DNA of 64,000 nucleotides from NCBI GenBank assembly GCA_900550285.1, contig URRW01000003.1, positions 41,478 to 105,477 of the forward strand, given 5' to 3'. This document shows positions 20,159 to 28,853 of this stretch, one piece after another. Each line of letters opens with the position of its first letter. Position 1 is the stretch's first letter. A program made the position numbers and the translations under genes. This DNA is from an uncultured Lachnospiraceae bacterium (GTDB lineage: Bacteria; Bacillota; Clostridia; Lachnospirales; Lachnospiraceae). The notes under the pieces are model-generated. The model was not told the DNA's origin and made no database searches. It was given only the letters and a program-made list of their open reading frames with translations.

Positions 20159-21496
20159 ATGGAAAGGCCACATAACAGCATCGGACAGGAGTTTACGGTC
20201 CTTTCGCTGCTGAAATTTGTAGCGCCGACGGTGGTCATGCTGGTGTTCATGTCCCTTTATCAGATGGTAGACGGCGTTTTTGTATCAAAATTTGTAGGGG
20301 AAAACGCGCTGTCGGCTTTAAATATCGTGTATCCGATCCCGAGCATCATTATCGCGGTTTCCATCATGCTGGCGACCGGGGGAAGCGCGGTCATCGCCCG
20401 GAATATGGGAGAAGGGAAAAACCGGGAAGCGAAGGAAAATTTTTCCTTCCTCGTGCTGACAGGCGCGGCCGTGGGCGCGGTCATCGTGGCGGCGGGCGTC
20501 CTTTTTATCGAGCCGCTGATCTATCTGCTCGGTTCGACGCCGGCTTTATACGATTACTGCTATGATTATCTGTTGATCCTGATTCTTTCGGCTCCGCTGG
20601 CGGTTTTCCAGATGCTGTTCCAGAGCTTTTTTGTGACGGCGGGCAAGCCGCATCTGGGGCTTACGCTGACGGTTCTGGGAGGGATCGCCAATATCGTTCT
20701 GGATTATGTGTTTATCGTAGTCTGCGGCTTCGGGGTAAGCGGCGCCGCGCTGGCGACGTCGATCGGATATTCGATCCCCGGGCTGTTCGGGCTGGTTTAT
20801 TTTACGGTAAACCGGAGGGGGACGCTGTACTTTGTAAAGCCGGTGCTGCGCTGGCGGCTTCTGCTCCGCTGCTGTGCAAACGGTTCCTCCGAGATGGTCA
20901 ATAATCTGGCGGTGGCGGTCACGACGTTTTTGTTTAATGTGCTCATGCTGAAGTATGCGGGCGAAGCGGGTGTGGCGGCGATCACGATCGTGCTGTACGC
21001 GCAGTTTCTTATGACGTCCGCATTTATGGGATTTTCCAGCGGCGTCGCCCCGGTTGTGAGCTTTAATTACGGAAGCAGGAATGTGAGGCAGCTGAAAAAA
21101 ATATTTAAGATCAGCGTCTGCGTGGTAGCGATCGTTTCGGCGCTCGTTTTCGGGATCGCGGAGCTGGGTTCGGACATCGTGATCTTGGTGTTTACGCCGG
21201 CGGGAAGCGAGGTATTTGCGCTTGCCAAGCATGGCTTCGCCATTTTTTCCGTCAGCTTTTTGTTTACGGGGATGAATATTTTTGCGTCGGCGCTGTTTAC
21301 GGCGTTTTCCAACGGCAAGGTTTCCGCCATCCTGTCTTTTTTGAGGACGTTTGTATTTCTGGCAGTGTGCCTGCTCATCCTTCCGCTGTTCTGGGGAGTG
21401 GACGGGATCTGGACGGCGGTGCCGATCGCGGAGGCGATGGCGTTTTTCGTATCGGTCTATTATCTGGCAAGATTTAAAAAAGTATATGAATATTGA
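20159..21496 (+). CDS. MATE family efflux transporter
   Basis: 12-TM MATE-like sequence. Start set at the ATG with ggag upstream (20147 is also possible); the long upstream ORF is unsupported. Confidence 0.85.
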   Translation: MERPHNSIGQEFTVLSLLKFVAPTVVMLVFMSLYQMVDGVFVSKFVGENALSALNIVYPIPSIIIAVSIMLATGGSAVIARNMGEGKNREAKENFSFLVLTGAAVGAVIVAAGVLFIEPLIYLLGSTPALYDYCYDYLLILILSAPLAVFQMLFQSFFVTAGKPHLGLTLTVLGGIANIVLDYVFIVVCGFGVSGAALATSIGYSIPGLFGLVYFTVNRRGTLYFVKPVLRWRLLLRCCANGSSEMVNNLAVAVTTFLFNVLMLKYAGEAGVAAITIVLYAQFLMTSAFMGFSSGVAPVVSFNYGSRNVRQLKKIFKISVCVVAIVSALVFGIAELGSDIVILVFTPAGSEVFALAKHGFAIFSVSFLFTGMNIFASALFTAFSNGKVSAILSFLRTFVFLAVCLLILPLFWGVDGIWTAVPIAEAMAFFVSVYYLARFKKVYEY

Positions 21497-21507
21497 AGCG
21501 CTGCAGC

Positions 21508-21547
21508 GTACAGGGACGGCTCCGGGTGGTTCCCTGTACGTTTTTTA
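21508..21547 (+). terminator. Rho-independent terminator after the MATE gene
   Basis: GTACAGGGA-loop-TCCCTGTAC followed by GTTTTTT. Confidence 0.75.
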
Positions 21548-21607
21548 TATGTTCATTTTTTCAGATATAAGGGACAAACAGGGCGCGGGAAAGGCAAATG
21601 TAAAAAA

Positions 21608-21663
21608 TTTTACATGAATTTTACAAAAACAGTAGCCAGACTTTACTTCAAGCTGTTACAATA
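21608..21663 (+). promoter_or_regulatory. Pho-box-like direct repeats (TTACA hexamers at ~11-bp phasing) overlapping a -10-like TACAAT
   Basis: TTTTACAt (21608), TTTTACAa (21619), TTTACTt (21642), GTTACAa (21655); -10-like TACAAT at 21658-21663. Upstream of the Na/Pi-PhoU transporter and RR/HK pair. Confidence 0.4.
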
Positions 21664-21730
21664 GTGGAGAAAATGAGAAATTTGTCGCAATTTGAAATGG
21701 AGAAAGAGAAAGAGAGGTTTCAACGTAAAA

Positions 21731-23416
21731 ATGGACAACATTTCAATGCTGTTTATGTTCATCGGCGGCCTGGGCATGTTCCTTTACGGAATGCACATCA
21801 TGGCAGAGGGCCTGCAGCACTTTGCCGGAGGCAGGATGCAGAAGCTTATGGGCTTTCTGACAAAGAACAAGCTCATGGCGATCCTGGCGGGCACGCTGGT
21901 AACCGCTGTTATCCAGAGCTCGTCTGCGACGACGGTCATGGTGGTGGGCTTTGTCAACGCCGGCATGATGAATCTGGCGCAGGCAGTCGGCGTGATCATG
22001 GGCGCCAATGTGGGTACGACGATCACCGCGTGGATGGTTTCCATGAGCGAGTGGGGAAGCCTTTTGAATCCGGAATTTTACGCGCCCCTGCTTCTGGGCA
22101 TCGGAGCGTTTATCGTCCTGTTTGTAAAATCCGATAAGAAAAAACAGGTCGGCGAAATCCTGATCGGCTTTTCCGTTCTGTTTATCGGCCTGTCCTTTAT
22201 GTCGGACGCGATCAAGCCTTACCGCGACGCGCCGATCTTTGCGCAGGCGTTTCAGGTGCTCGGCAAAAACCCGCTGCTCGGAATCCTGACGGGCGCGGTC
22301 GTAACGGCGATCATCCAGAGTTCGTCCGCTTCCGTCGGCATTTTGCAGACGCTGGCGATGAACGGCGTTGTAAACTGGAAGTCCGCGGTGTTTATTACGC
22401 TGGGACAGAATATCGGTACGTGCGTGACGGCGCTTTTGTCCAGCGTAAGCTCCGGCAGGAACGGAAAGCGCGCGGCGATGATCCATCTGTCCTTCAACGT
22501 GTGCGGCGCGGCTATTTTCGGCGTGATTATGTATATCCTGTTCGCGGTATTCCCGGAATGGGGGATGTCCACGATGAGCAGTGTGGAAATTTCTGTTTTC
22601 CATACGGTATTTAACGTGACCTGTACGCTGCTTCTGATCCCCTTTGCAAACGGCCTGGTTGCCCTTTCCGGCAAGCTGGTTCCCGGCAAGGACGACGACG
22701 GTATGGAAGTGGGCGCTGCCGTGAAGCTTGAGAAGCGTCTGGATAAGCGTATTTTAAACAACCCTTCCTTCGCGCTGGCGACCGCCCAGAAGGAAGTTGC
22801 TGCCATGGGGCGGGAAGCGTGCCTGAATCTGGAGCTGGCGCTGGAATCCGTTACGGAGGAAGGCGGAGAGAAGATCCAGCAGGTTTACGCGAGGGAAAAA
22901 GAGATCAACGGCATGGAGAAGATCCTGACCTCGTTCCTTGTGGAGGTGGACAATCTTTCCCTGACGGAAGAGCAGCATGAGCAGGTAAAAAACCTGTTCT
23001 ATACGGTCAGCGACATCGAGCGCGCCGGCGACCACGCGGAGAATATCGCGGAGCTGGCGGAGAACATGCAGCGGGACCAGGTCGCTTTTTCCAAAAAGGG
23101 CAAAGCGGATCTGGATCTGATCTCTGCGCAGACGCTGCAGTCTTTACAGATCGCGGTAGAGGCGCGGGAGACGGGCGCTGTGGAGACGGCGGATTCCGTG
23201 CGCGTTTTGGAGCAGAGCGTGGATATGCTGGAGGGCGATCTGCGTGAGAAGCATATCAAACGTCTTTCCAAGGGCAAATGCGAACCGGAAAGCGGCGTGA
23301 TCTTCCTTGACATCATCAGCAATCTGGAACGGATTTCGGATCATGCGGTAAATATCGCGGATTATGTAAAGGCGGAGACACATATCGGCCAGGCGGCGCA
23401 GAGCCAGCAGGGATAA
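21731..23416 (+). CDS. Na+/phosphate cotransporter (NptA-like) fused to tandem PhoU-like domains
   Basis: N-terminal Na/Pi cotransporter repeats (QSSSATTVMVVGF...IQSSSASVGILQ) and C-terminal PhoU-like helices (DIERAGDHAENIAE, ISDHAVNIADY). Confidence 0.85.
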   Translation: MDNISMLFMFIGGLGMFLYGMHIMAEGLQHFAGGRMQKLMGFLTKNKLMAILAGTLVTAVIQSSSATTVMVVGFVNAGMMNLAQAVGVIMGANVGTTITAWMVSMSEWGSLLNPEFYAPLLLGIGAFIVLFVKSDKKKQVGEILIGFSVLFIGLSFMSDAIKPYRDAPIFAQAFQVLGKNPLLGILTGAVVTAIIQSSSASVGILQTLAMNGVVNWKSAVFITLGQNIGTCVTALLSSVSSGRNGKRAAMIHLSFNVCGAAIFGVIMYILFAVFPEWGMSTMSSVEISVFHTVFNVTCTLLLIPFANGLVALSGKLVPGKDDDGMEVGAAVKLEKRLDKRILNNPSFALATAQKEVAAMGREACLNLELALESVTEEGGEKIQQVYAREKEINGMEKILTSFLVEVDNLSLTEEQHEQVKNLFYTVSDIERAGDHAENIAELAENMQRDQVAFSKKGKADLDLISAQTLQSLQIAVEARETGAVETADSVRVLEQSVDMLEGDLREKHIKRLSKGKCEPESGVIFLDIISNLERISDHAVNIADYVKAETHIGQAAQSQQG

Positions 23417-23507
23417 CGGAGATGATTTTCAGGGCGCGTGACAAAACGTGCCCTGATCTTACTTTATTCATGGTTTTTACGGAGGCAAAAGCCCGGAAAC
23501 GGAGGCA

Positions 23508-24200
23508 GTGGCGATGATCTATATTATTGAGGACGATGAAAATATCAGAAATCTGGTGCAGGTGGCGTTAAAGGGATCCGGCTATGAGACGGCGGCGTTT
23601 GAGACGGCTGAGGAGGCGCTGGGCGCTTTTAAGGTCAGGGAACCGCAGCTTGCGATCTTTGACCTGATGCTGCCGGGGATGGACGGTCTGGAGGCGATCC
23701 GCAGGATCCGGGAAAACGACCAGTGGAAGAAGCTCCCGGTGCTCGTGCTGACGGCGCGCGACAAGGAATATGACAAGGTTGCGGGACTGGACGGGGGAGC
23801 TGACGATTACATGACAAAGCCGTTCAGCGTACTGGAGCTTCAGGCGCGGGTGCGCTCTTTGCTGCGCAGGACGCGGGAGGAAGAGGAAACGCTCCCGAAG
23901 GTATTTGAATGCGGGCCGATCCGTCTGGATACGGACGCGCGGGAGGTGCGGGTTGGCGGCAGGGAAGTGATCCTGACCTATAAGGAATATGAGCTTTTGG
24001 CATATCTGGTGGAGAACCGCAGCCGCGTCGTTTCCAGGGACGAGCTTCTGGATAAGCTCTGGGACTGGAGGGCGGATGTGGAGACGCGGACGCTGGACAT
24101 CCATATCAAAACGCTGCGTCAGAAGCTGGGCGAGGAAGGCGGAAAATATATCAAGACGGTCAGAAGCGTGGGATACCGCTTTACGCGTCCGCAGGAGTAA
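23508..24200 (+). CDS. OmpR-family response regulator (PhoP-like)
   Basis: Receiver domain (DD...D...K) plus winged-helix output domain (LTYKEYELLAYL). Confidence 0.9.
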   Translation: MAMIYIIEDDENIRNLVQVALKGSGYETAAFETAEEALGAFKVREPQLAIFDLMLPGMDGLEAIRRIRENDQWKKLPVLVLTARDKEYDKVAGLDGGADDYMTKPFSVLELQARVRSLLRRTREEEETLPKVFECGPIRLDTDAREVRVGGREVILTYKEYELLAYLVENRSRVVSRDELLDKLWDWRADVETRTLDIHIKTLRQKLGEEGGKYIKTVRSVGYRFTRPQE

Positions 24201-24206
24201 AAAGAG

Positions 24207-25520
24207 ATGGCAGGGCATAAAAAAAAGATGTTTCGGAAAAATCCGATCCTGATGCGTTTTGCGGTGGTGCTGGTGCTTGCGCTTGCGATCAGCAGCCTGA
24301 TCTCGTCGATTCTTCTGGGCGAGCAGATGAGAAAGCAGAATGTGGAGGTGCTGGAAAAGACGATCGCGGTGGTGGACTATTCTCTGGATTATCAAAAGCC
24401 CCTTCAGGAGCAGATCCGGTCGATCCATAAGGAGGCGCTGAGCGGGGACATCCGCGTGACGGTCATCGGCCTGGACGGGACGGTTCTGGCGGATACGGAT
24501 CTGAAAAATGTGGATGCGCTGGAAAACCATCTGGGCAGGGAAGAGGTCGGGGAGGCGATTGAGCAGGGACAGGGCTATTCCACCAGATATTCGGAGAGTC
24601 TGGAACAGTATCTTTTGTATGTGGCAAAGCTGACCGGGGACAAAAGCGCGGTGATCCGGATGTCGGTTCCTTATACGAATATTTTCAGCTATATGGTCGT
24701 GATCGTCCCGGTACTTTTGGTCGGCATGGCGGTGGCGTTTATTGTCAGCGTCGCGGTCGCTGCAAAATTTTCGGGATATATCCGGTCGGACGAGATCAAG
24801 CGGCAGATGGTGCAGATGGAGAAGGACAAAAAGATCCGGCAGGATTTTTTCAGCAATGCGTCCCACGAGCTGAAAACGCCGATCACCTCGGTGCGGGGAT
24901 ACGCGGAGCTTTTGTGTCAGGATTTTGCACAGGATGAGGCGACGCGGAAGGATTTTCTGAACCGGATCATCAAAGAAACGGATCACATGACGGGGCTGAT
25001 CGACGATATTCTCATGATCTCGCGTCTGGAAAGCAAGGACGCGGAGGTGACGCTGAGCAGGGTGCAGATGGATCAGGTGCTGAAAGAGGTGCTGGACTGC
25101 CTTGCGCCGCAGGCGGCGTCCTGCGAGGTGGAGATTTCAGGGGAGTGCGAGGGCGTGTGCCTGCAGGCAAGCCTGAAGCAGATGCGTGAGCTTTTGCTCA
25201 ATTTGATGAGCAACGGCATCAAGTACAATCATCCGGGCGGCCATGTGTGGACGAAGATCCGGCAGGAGAAGGATGTGGTCTGCATCGAGGTAAAGGATGA
25301 CGGCGTGGGCATCGAGCCGGAGGATCAGAAGCGGATCTTTGAGCGGTTTTTCCGGGTGGATAAGGGCAGAAGCCGGAAGATGGGCGGCACGGGGCTTGGG
25401 CTGTCGATCGTCAAGCATATCGCGGCATATTACGGTGGAAGCGTGAGCCTTGAGAGCACGCCGGGCGCAGGAAGCACCTTCCGTGTCGAGATCCCGACGT
25501 CCGGGATCAGCGGGCAGTAA
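24207..25520 (+). CDS. Sensor histidine kinase (PhoR-like)
   Basis: 2 TM, HAMP, HisKA H-box (SHELKTPIT), HATPase N/G boxes (GGTGLGLSIV). Confidence 0.9.
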   Translation: MAGHKKKMFRKNPILMRFAVVLVLALAISSLISSILLGEQMRKQNVEVLEKTIAVVDYSLDYQKPLQEQIRSIHKEALSGDIRVTVIGLDGTVLADTDLKNVDALENHLGREEVGEAIEQGQGYSTRYSESLEQYLLYVAKLTGDKSAVIRMSVPYTNIFSYMVVIVPVLLVGMAVAFIVSVAVAAKFSGYIRSDEIKRQMVQMEKDKKIRQDFFSNASHELKTPITSVRGYAELLCQDFAQDEATRKDFLNRIIKETDHMTGLIDDILMISRLESKDAEVTLSRVQMDQVLKEVLDCLAPQAASCEVEISGECEGVCLQASLKQMRELLLNLMSNGIKYNHPGGHVWTKIRQEKDVVCIEVKDDGVGIEPEDQKRIFERFFRVDKGRSRKMGGTGLGLSIVKHIAAYYGGSVSLESTPGAGSTFRVEIPTSGISGQ

Positions 25521-25610
25521 AGGGAAAAATCGCCCGGCAATAAAGGGAAAATTTATCTGGGCTTCTGCCGCAGAGGGGGAGGCGTACAGCCGCCGCCCGC
25601 GCTGCCGCAG

Positions 25611-25639
25611 TTGACAATAAGAAGATTTGGCGTTAAACT
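25611..25639 (+). promoter_or_regulatory. Putative sigmaA promoter for the Lys/Ala-rich protein gene
   Basis: TTGACA-17 nt-TAAACT. Confidence 0.5.
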
Positions 25640-25707
25640 AAACCATAAGTTCAGGTACGGCTAGTTGGAATTGCTTGATGGATAGATACCTGGGTGTTAA
25701 GGAGGAA

Positions 25708-26280
25708 ATGAAAATGAGAAAGAGCACAGTGAAAAAGACTGCGGCGAAAGCACCCGTTGCAAAAGAAGAGGCTGTTCAGGCAGAATCCACAGTTTCTGTA
25801 AAAGCAGAGACGGCTGAGCCTGCAAAGAAGGAAGAGACAAAGGCAATCGTGAAGCAGGAGCCCGGCGTTGTCGCTCCGGTAGAGAAGAAGGAGACTGCGG
25901 TAGTGGCAGTTGAAAAGAAAGCTCCCGCAAAGAAGGAGACGAAAGCGGTAAAAGAGGAGAAGCCTGCCGCAAAGAAAGCGCCTGCAAAGAAGGCAGCAGC
26001 GGAAAAAACAGCTGCAGCAGAAAAGAAGCCTGCCGCAGAGAAGAAAGCCCCGGCAAGAAGGACCGCAAAAGCGGCAGAGCCTGCCGCAGAGGTTGAGATC
26101 CAGTTTTCCGGCAAGGAATACACGACAGAGAAGCTGGTTGCGATCGCAAAGGACGTATGGCAGTATGATCTGGGAGGAAAGCCGGAAGAGTTCAAGACGG
26201 TTAAATTATATGTGAAGCCGGAGGAAAACGCCGTTTATTATGTGATCAACGGCGAGACGACAGGAAGCTTCGCAATCTGA
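25708..26280 (+). CDS. Lys/Ala/Pro-rich histone-H1-like protein with conserved C-terminal globular domain
   Basis: AKKP-type low-complexity repeats, then a compact C-terminal domain (EIQFSGKEYTTEKLVAIAKDVWQYDLGG...YYVINGETTGSF). RBS aaggagg. Confidence 0.6.
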   Translation: MKMRKSTVKKTAAKAPVAKEEAVQAESTVSVKAETAEPAKKEETKAIVKQEPGVVAPVEKKETAVVAVEKKAPAKKETKAVKEEKPAAKKAPAKKAAAEKTAAAEKKPAAEKKAPARRTAKAAEPAAEVEIQFSGKEYTTEKLVAIAKDVWQYDLGGKPEEFKTVKLYVKPEENAVYYVINGETTGSFAI

Positions 26281-26291
26281 GAAAAAAGAGG

Positions 26292-26332
26292 CAGCCGCCG
26301 GACGGGGAGAAATCCTTGCCGGGGGCTGTTTT
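26292..26332 (+). terminator. Terminator after the Lys/Ala-rich protein gene
   Basis: CAGCCGCCGG-loop-CCGGGGGCTG followed by TTTT. Confidence 0.55.
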
Positions 26333-26374
26333 GGAATACAGCCGGTTTTAACGAAGGAAAGGAAAGGTCATCAG

Positions 26375-27352
26375 ATGGCAAGTATCAGCGACGTGGCAAA
26401 ACTCGCAGGAGTTTCAAGGAGCACGGTTTCTCTTGTATGCAATAATAAGGGCTATGTATCCCGGGAAATGAGGGAAAAAATCGAGCGGGCAATGCGGGAA
26501 TTAAATTATACGCCAAGCGAGCTGGGACGCAATCTGAAAAAGCAGCGTTCCGGGATTATTGGCATTATTATTCCGGATATGGCGCATCCTTTTTTTTCGG
26601 GATTTGTAAAGTATGCGGAAAAAGCCCTCTATTCAAGAGGATATAAGACGATGATCTGTGGAACAGCCAGCCGGGAGGACGTGGAGGCGGAGTATCTGAA
26701 CATGCTGGAGCGCCGTACGATGGATGGCGTTATTATGGGATCGCATTCTCTCGGAGTAGAAAAATACAGGGAGATTTCCAGACCGATCCTGGCATTGGAC
26801 AGACATTTATCGGAAACGATCCCTGTCGTCCGCACGGATAAGGAACAGACGGGAATAGCGGCAGCCGAATTATTTCTGGAAAAAGGCTGCCGGAATGTGG
26901 TGCAGATGGCGAGTTCCCATACCGTAAAAAATTATGAGCATGAAAAGGAAGATATTTTCAGGAAGCTTCTGGAAGAAAAAGGGGTTTTGGTTACAGATAT
27001 TCCCGTAGGATATAATGCTTTTACAGAGGATGCCTATCAGGACGCGGCGCGGCGGGTATTTGAGCTGTGCCCGGATGCAGATGGGATTTTAGGCGTCGAT
27101 ATGGCGATTATGGCATGTATGAAAGAAGCAAGGCGGAGGGGCAAAAGGGTTCCTCAGGATATACACATGACGGCGATCGACGGGACGTTTGTGACCCGGA
27201 TCGGGGAACGTCAGGTTACGGCGATCGTCCAGCCTGTAGAAAAGATGGCGGAGGCATGTGTGGATCTGATTCTGGATATGGTGGAAAAGAACCTGAGTGT
27301 GCCGCTCCAGACGGTTTTCCCGATTTCTGTTCAAAAGGGGGAAACGATGTAA
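26375..27352 (+). CDS. LacI-family transcriptional regulator (likely sucrose-locus repressor)
   Basis: N-terminal LacI HTH (ISDVAKLAGVSRSTVS) plus a periplasmic-binding-fold sensor; sits next to PTS/GH32 genes. Confidence 0.85.
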   Translation: MASISDVAKLAGVSRSTVSLVCNNKGYVSREMREKIERAMRELNYTPSELGRNLKKQRSGIIGIIIPDMAHPFFSGFVKYAEKALYSRGYKTMICGTASREDVEAEYLNMLERRTMDGVIMGSHSLGVEKYREISRPILALDRHLSETIPVVRTDKEQTGIAAAELFLEKGCRNVVQMASSHTVKNYEHEKEDIFRKLLEEKGVLVTDIPVGYNAFTEDAYQDAARRVFELCPDADGILGVDMAIMACMKEARRRGKRVPQDIHMTAIDGTFVTRIGERQVTAIVQPVEKMAEACVDLILDMVEKNLSVPLQTVFPISVQKGETM

Positions 27353-27477
27353 CAGAGGGTATATTGTGGATTTTACTAAAAAGGAAATGTGTATTTTGGT
27401 GAAAGTGCAGATTTCCTTTTTATTTATGGGAAAAGATTGACACTGAAACATGAAAGGCTTATGTTGTTTTCAACAGG

Positions 27478-27554
27478 TATCGAAACGATTCGACAAATAA
27501 ACGGCGCAGCCCCGAGGCTGCTTTCTTAAAACCCCTTATCGAATCGTTTCGATA
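27478..27554 (+). promoter_or_regulatory. Pair of LacI-type operator-like half-palindromes (mutual reverse complements) flanking a small terminator-like hairpin in the PTS leader
   Basis: TATCGAAACGATTCGAC (27478-27494) and TATCGAATCGTTTCGATA (27537-27554). GC hairpin GCAGCC-ccga-GGCTGC+TTTCTT at 27506-27527. TTGACA-17-TATGTT promoter at 27437-27465. Confidence 0.4.
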
Positions 27555-27644
27555 GCAGATCCGCGGAATGTATGATATGAAAAATAGCCTGAAAGAAATT
27601 GTGGAAAAGGGAAAATGCCGCATGTGCGGCGGAAGGAGACGAAA

Positions 27645-28853
27645 ATGAAAAAAGATCCATCATTAGCTGCCGGAAAAATTTTAGAAGCGTTCGGTGGAAA
27701 GGAAAATATCATAAGCGCGGAGCACTGCGCGACGAGGCTGCGCATTTCAGTGCATGATGCGCAGAAGGTAGATGCGGATGCTGTGCGTGCGGTTATGGGC
27801 GTGGCAGGGTATTTTGAAAAAAGCGGGCAGCATCAGGTAATTCTGGGAACGGGATTTGTCAATAAGGTATGTGATGAATTCAGAAAACGGGCAGGCCTGG
27901 ATGAAGCACCGGGAAATACCGAAAAAAAATCCGGGGAAACCGGGAAAATTACATTTCAGGGCATGACGAAGATGATTTCGGATATTTTCATTCCAATCAT
28001 ACCGGTTTTGCTTGCTACGGGTATTTTGATGGGAGTAAGAAGCCTGCTCGTCAACGGATTTGGGATTGCCTTTTCGGCGGAGTTTGACAGCATTTATACG
28101 ATTCTCACAGATACGGCATATACATTTATTCCGGTGCTTGTCGCATGGTCTGCATGCAAAAAATTCGGAGGCTCGCCGATTCTGGGGATTGTACTGGGGC
28201 TGATGCTGGTATCTCCCAACCTGCCGGATAAATGGGCGGTTGTGAATGGAACGGTGCAGGCGCTTCAAATCGATATGGGATTTTTGACGCTGAATATTAC
28301 AGGTTATCAGAGCTCGGTAATTCCGGCGCTGTTTATGGGATTTTTTGCGGCGACCTTGGAGAAGAAGCTTCATAAGATCATTCCGGATATTGTGGATATG
28401 CTGCTTGTTCCGTTCCTGACACTGCTGATTTCCCTTCTGGTCGGTCTGTTTGCGGTAGGGCCGGTGCTTTCGGCAGTAGAAAAAGGCATGACGGATCTGA
28501 TCCTGATGCTGCTGAAGCTTCCGTTTGGAATCGGAGGCATCGCGTACGGCGGACTGATCCAGATACTCTGCTCTGTTGGAATGCATCATACCGTGACGTC
28601 CATTATTGTGAGCATTTTTACAGAGACGGGAGTGGATTATATTAACCCGATGGGGGCTGCGGCGATCGCGGGGCAGCTTGGAGCAGGACTGGCAGTTGTA
28701 ATGATGCAGAAAAACCGTCAGGCGCGCGCCAATATGATTCCGGCATTGATCCCGGCGCTGTTTGGGATTTCAGAGCCGGTGATGTATGGGCTTACCTTCC
28801 CGAGGATTAAGCCGTTTTTTATGGGATGTCTGGGCGGAGCTGTATCCGTCTGA
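27645..28853 (+). CDS. PTS sucrose/glucose-family EIIBC component, C-terminally truncated
   Basis: EIIB motif CATRLR followed by an EIIC domain. The ORF ends about 50 aa short of full-length EIIC, right where the GH32 frame begins. Confidence 0.7.
   Translation: MKKDPSLAAGKILEAFGGKENIISAEHCATRLRISVHDAQKVDADAVRAVMGVAGYFEKSGQHQVILGTGFVNKVCDEFRKRAGLDEAPGNTEKKSGETGKITFQGMTKMISDIFIPIIPVLLATGILMGVRSLLVNGFGIAFSAEFDSIYTILTDTAYTFIPVLVAWSACKKFGGSPILGIVLGLMLVSPNLPDKWAVVNGTVQALQIDMGFLTLNITGYQSSVIPALFMGFFAATLEKKLHKIIPDIVDMLLVPFLTLLISLLVGLFAVGPVLSAVEKGMTDLILMLLKLPFGIGGIAYGGLIQILCSVGMHHTVTSIIVSIFTETGVDYINPMGAAAIAGQLGAGLAVVMMQKNRQARANMIPALIPALFGISEPVMYGLTFPRIKPFFMGCLGGAVSV

Noticed and set aside
23568-24986. 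472-aa minus-strand ORF
   Set aside because: Antisense to the response regulator and kinase genes.
25780-26100. Repetitive region that could suggest a CRISPR or tandem-repeat array
   Set aside because: The periodicity is at the codon/peptide level (AKKP-type repeats) inside a coding gene. No regular repeat-spacer structure.
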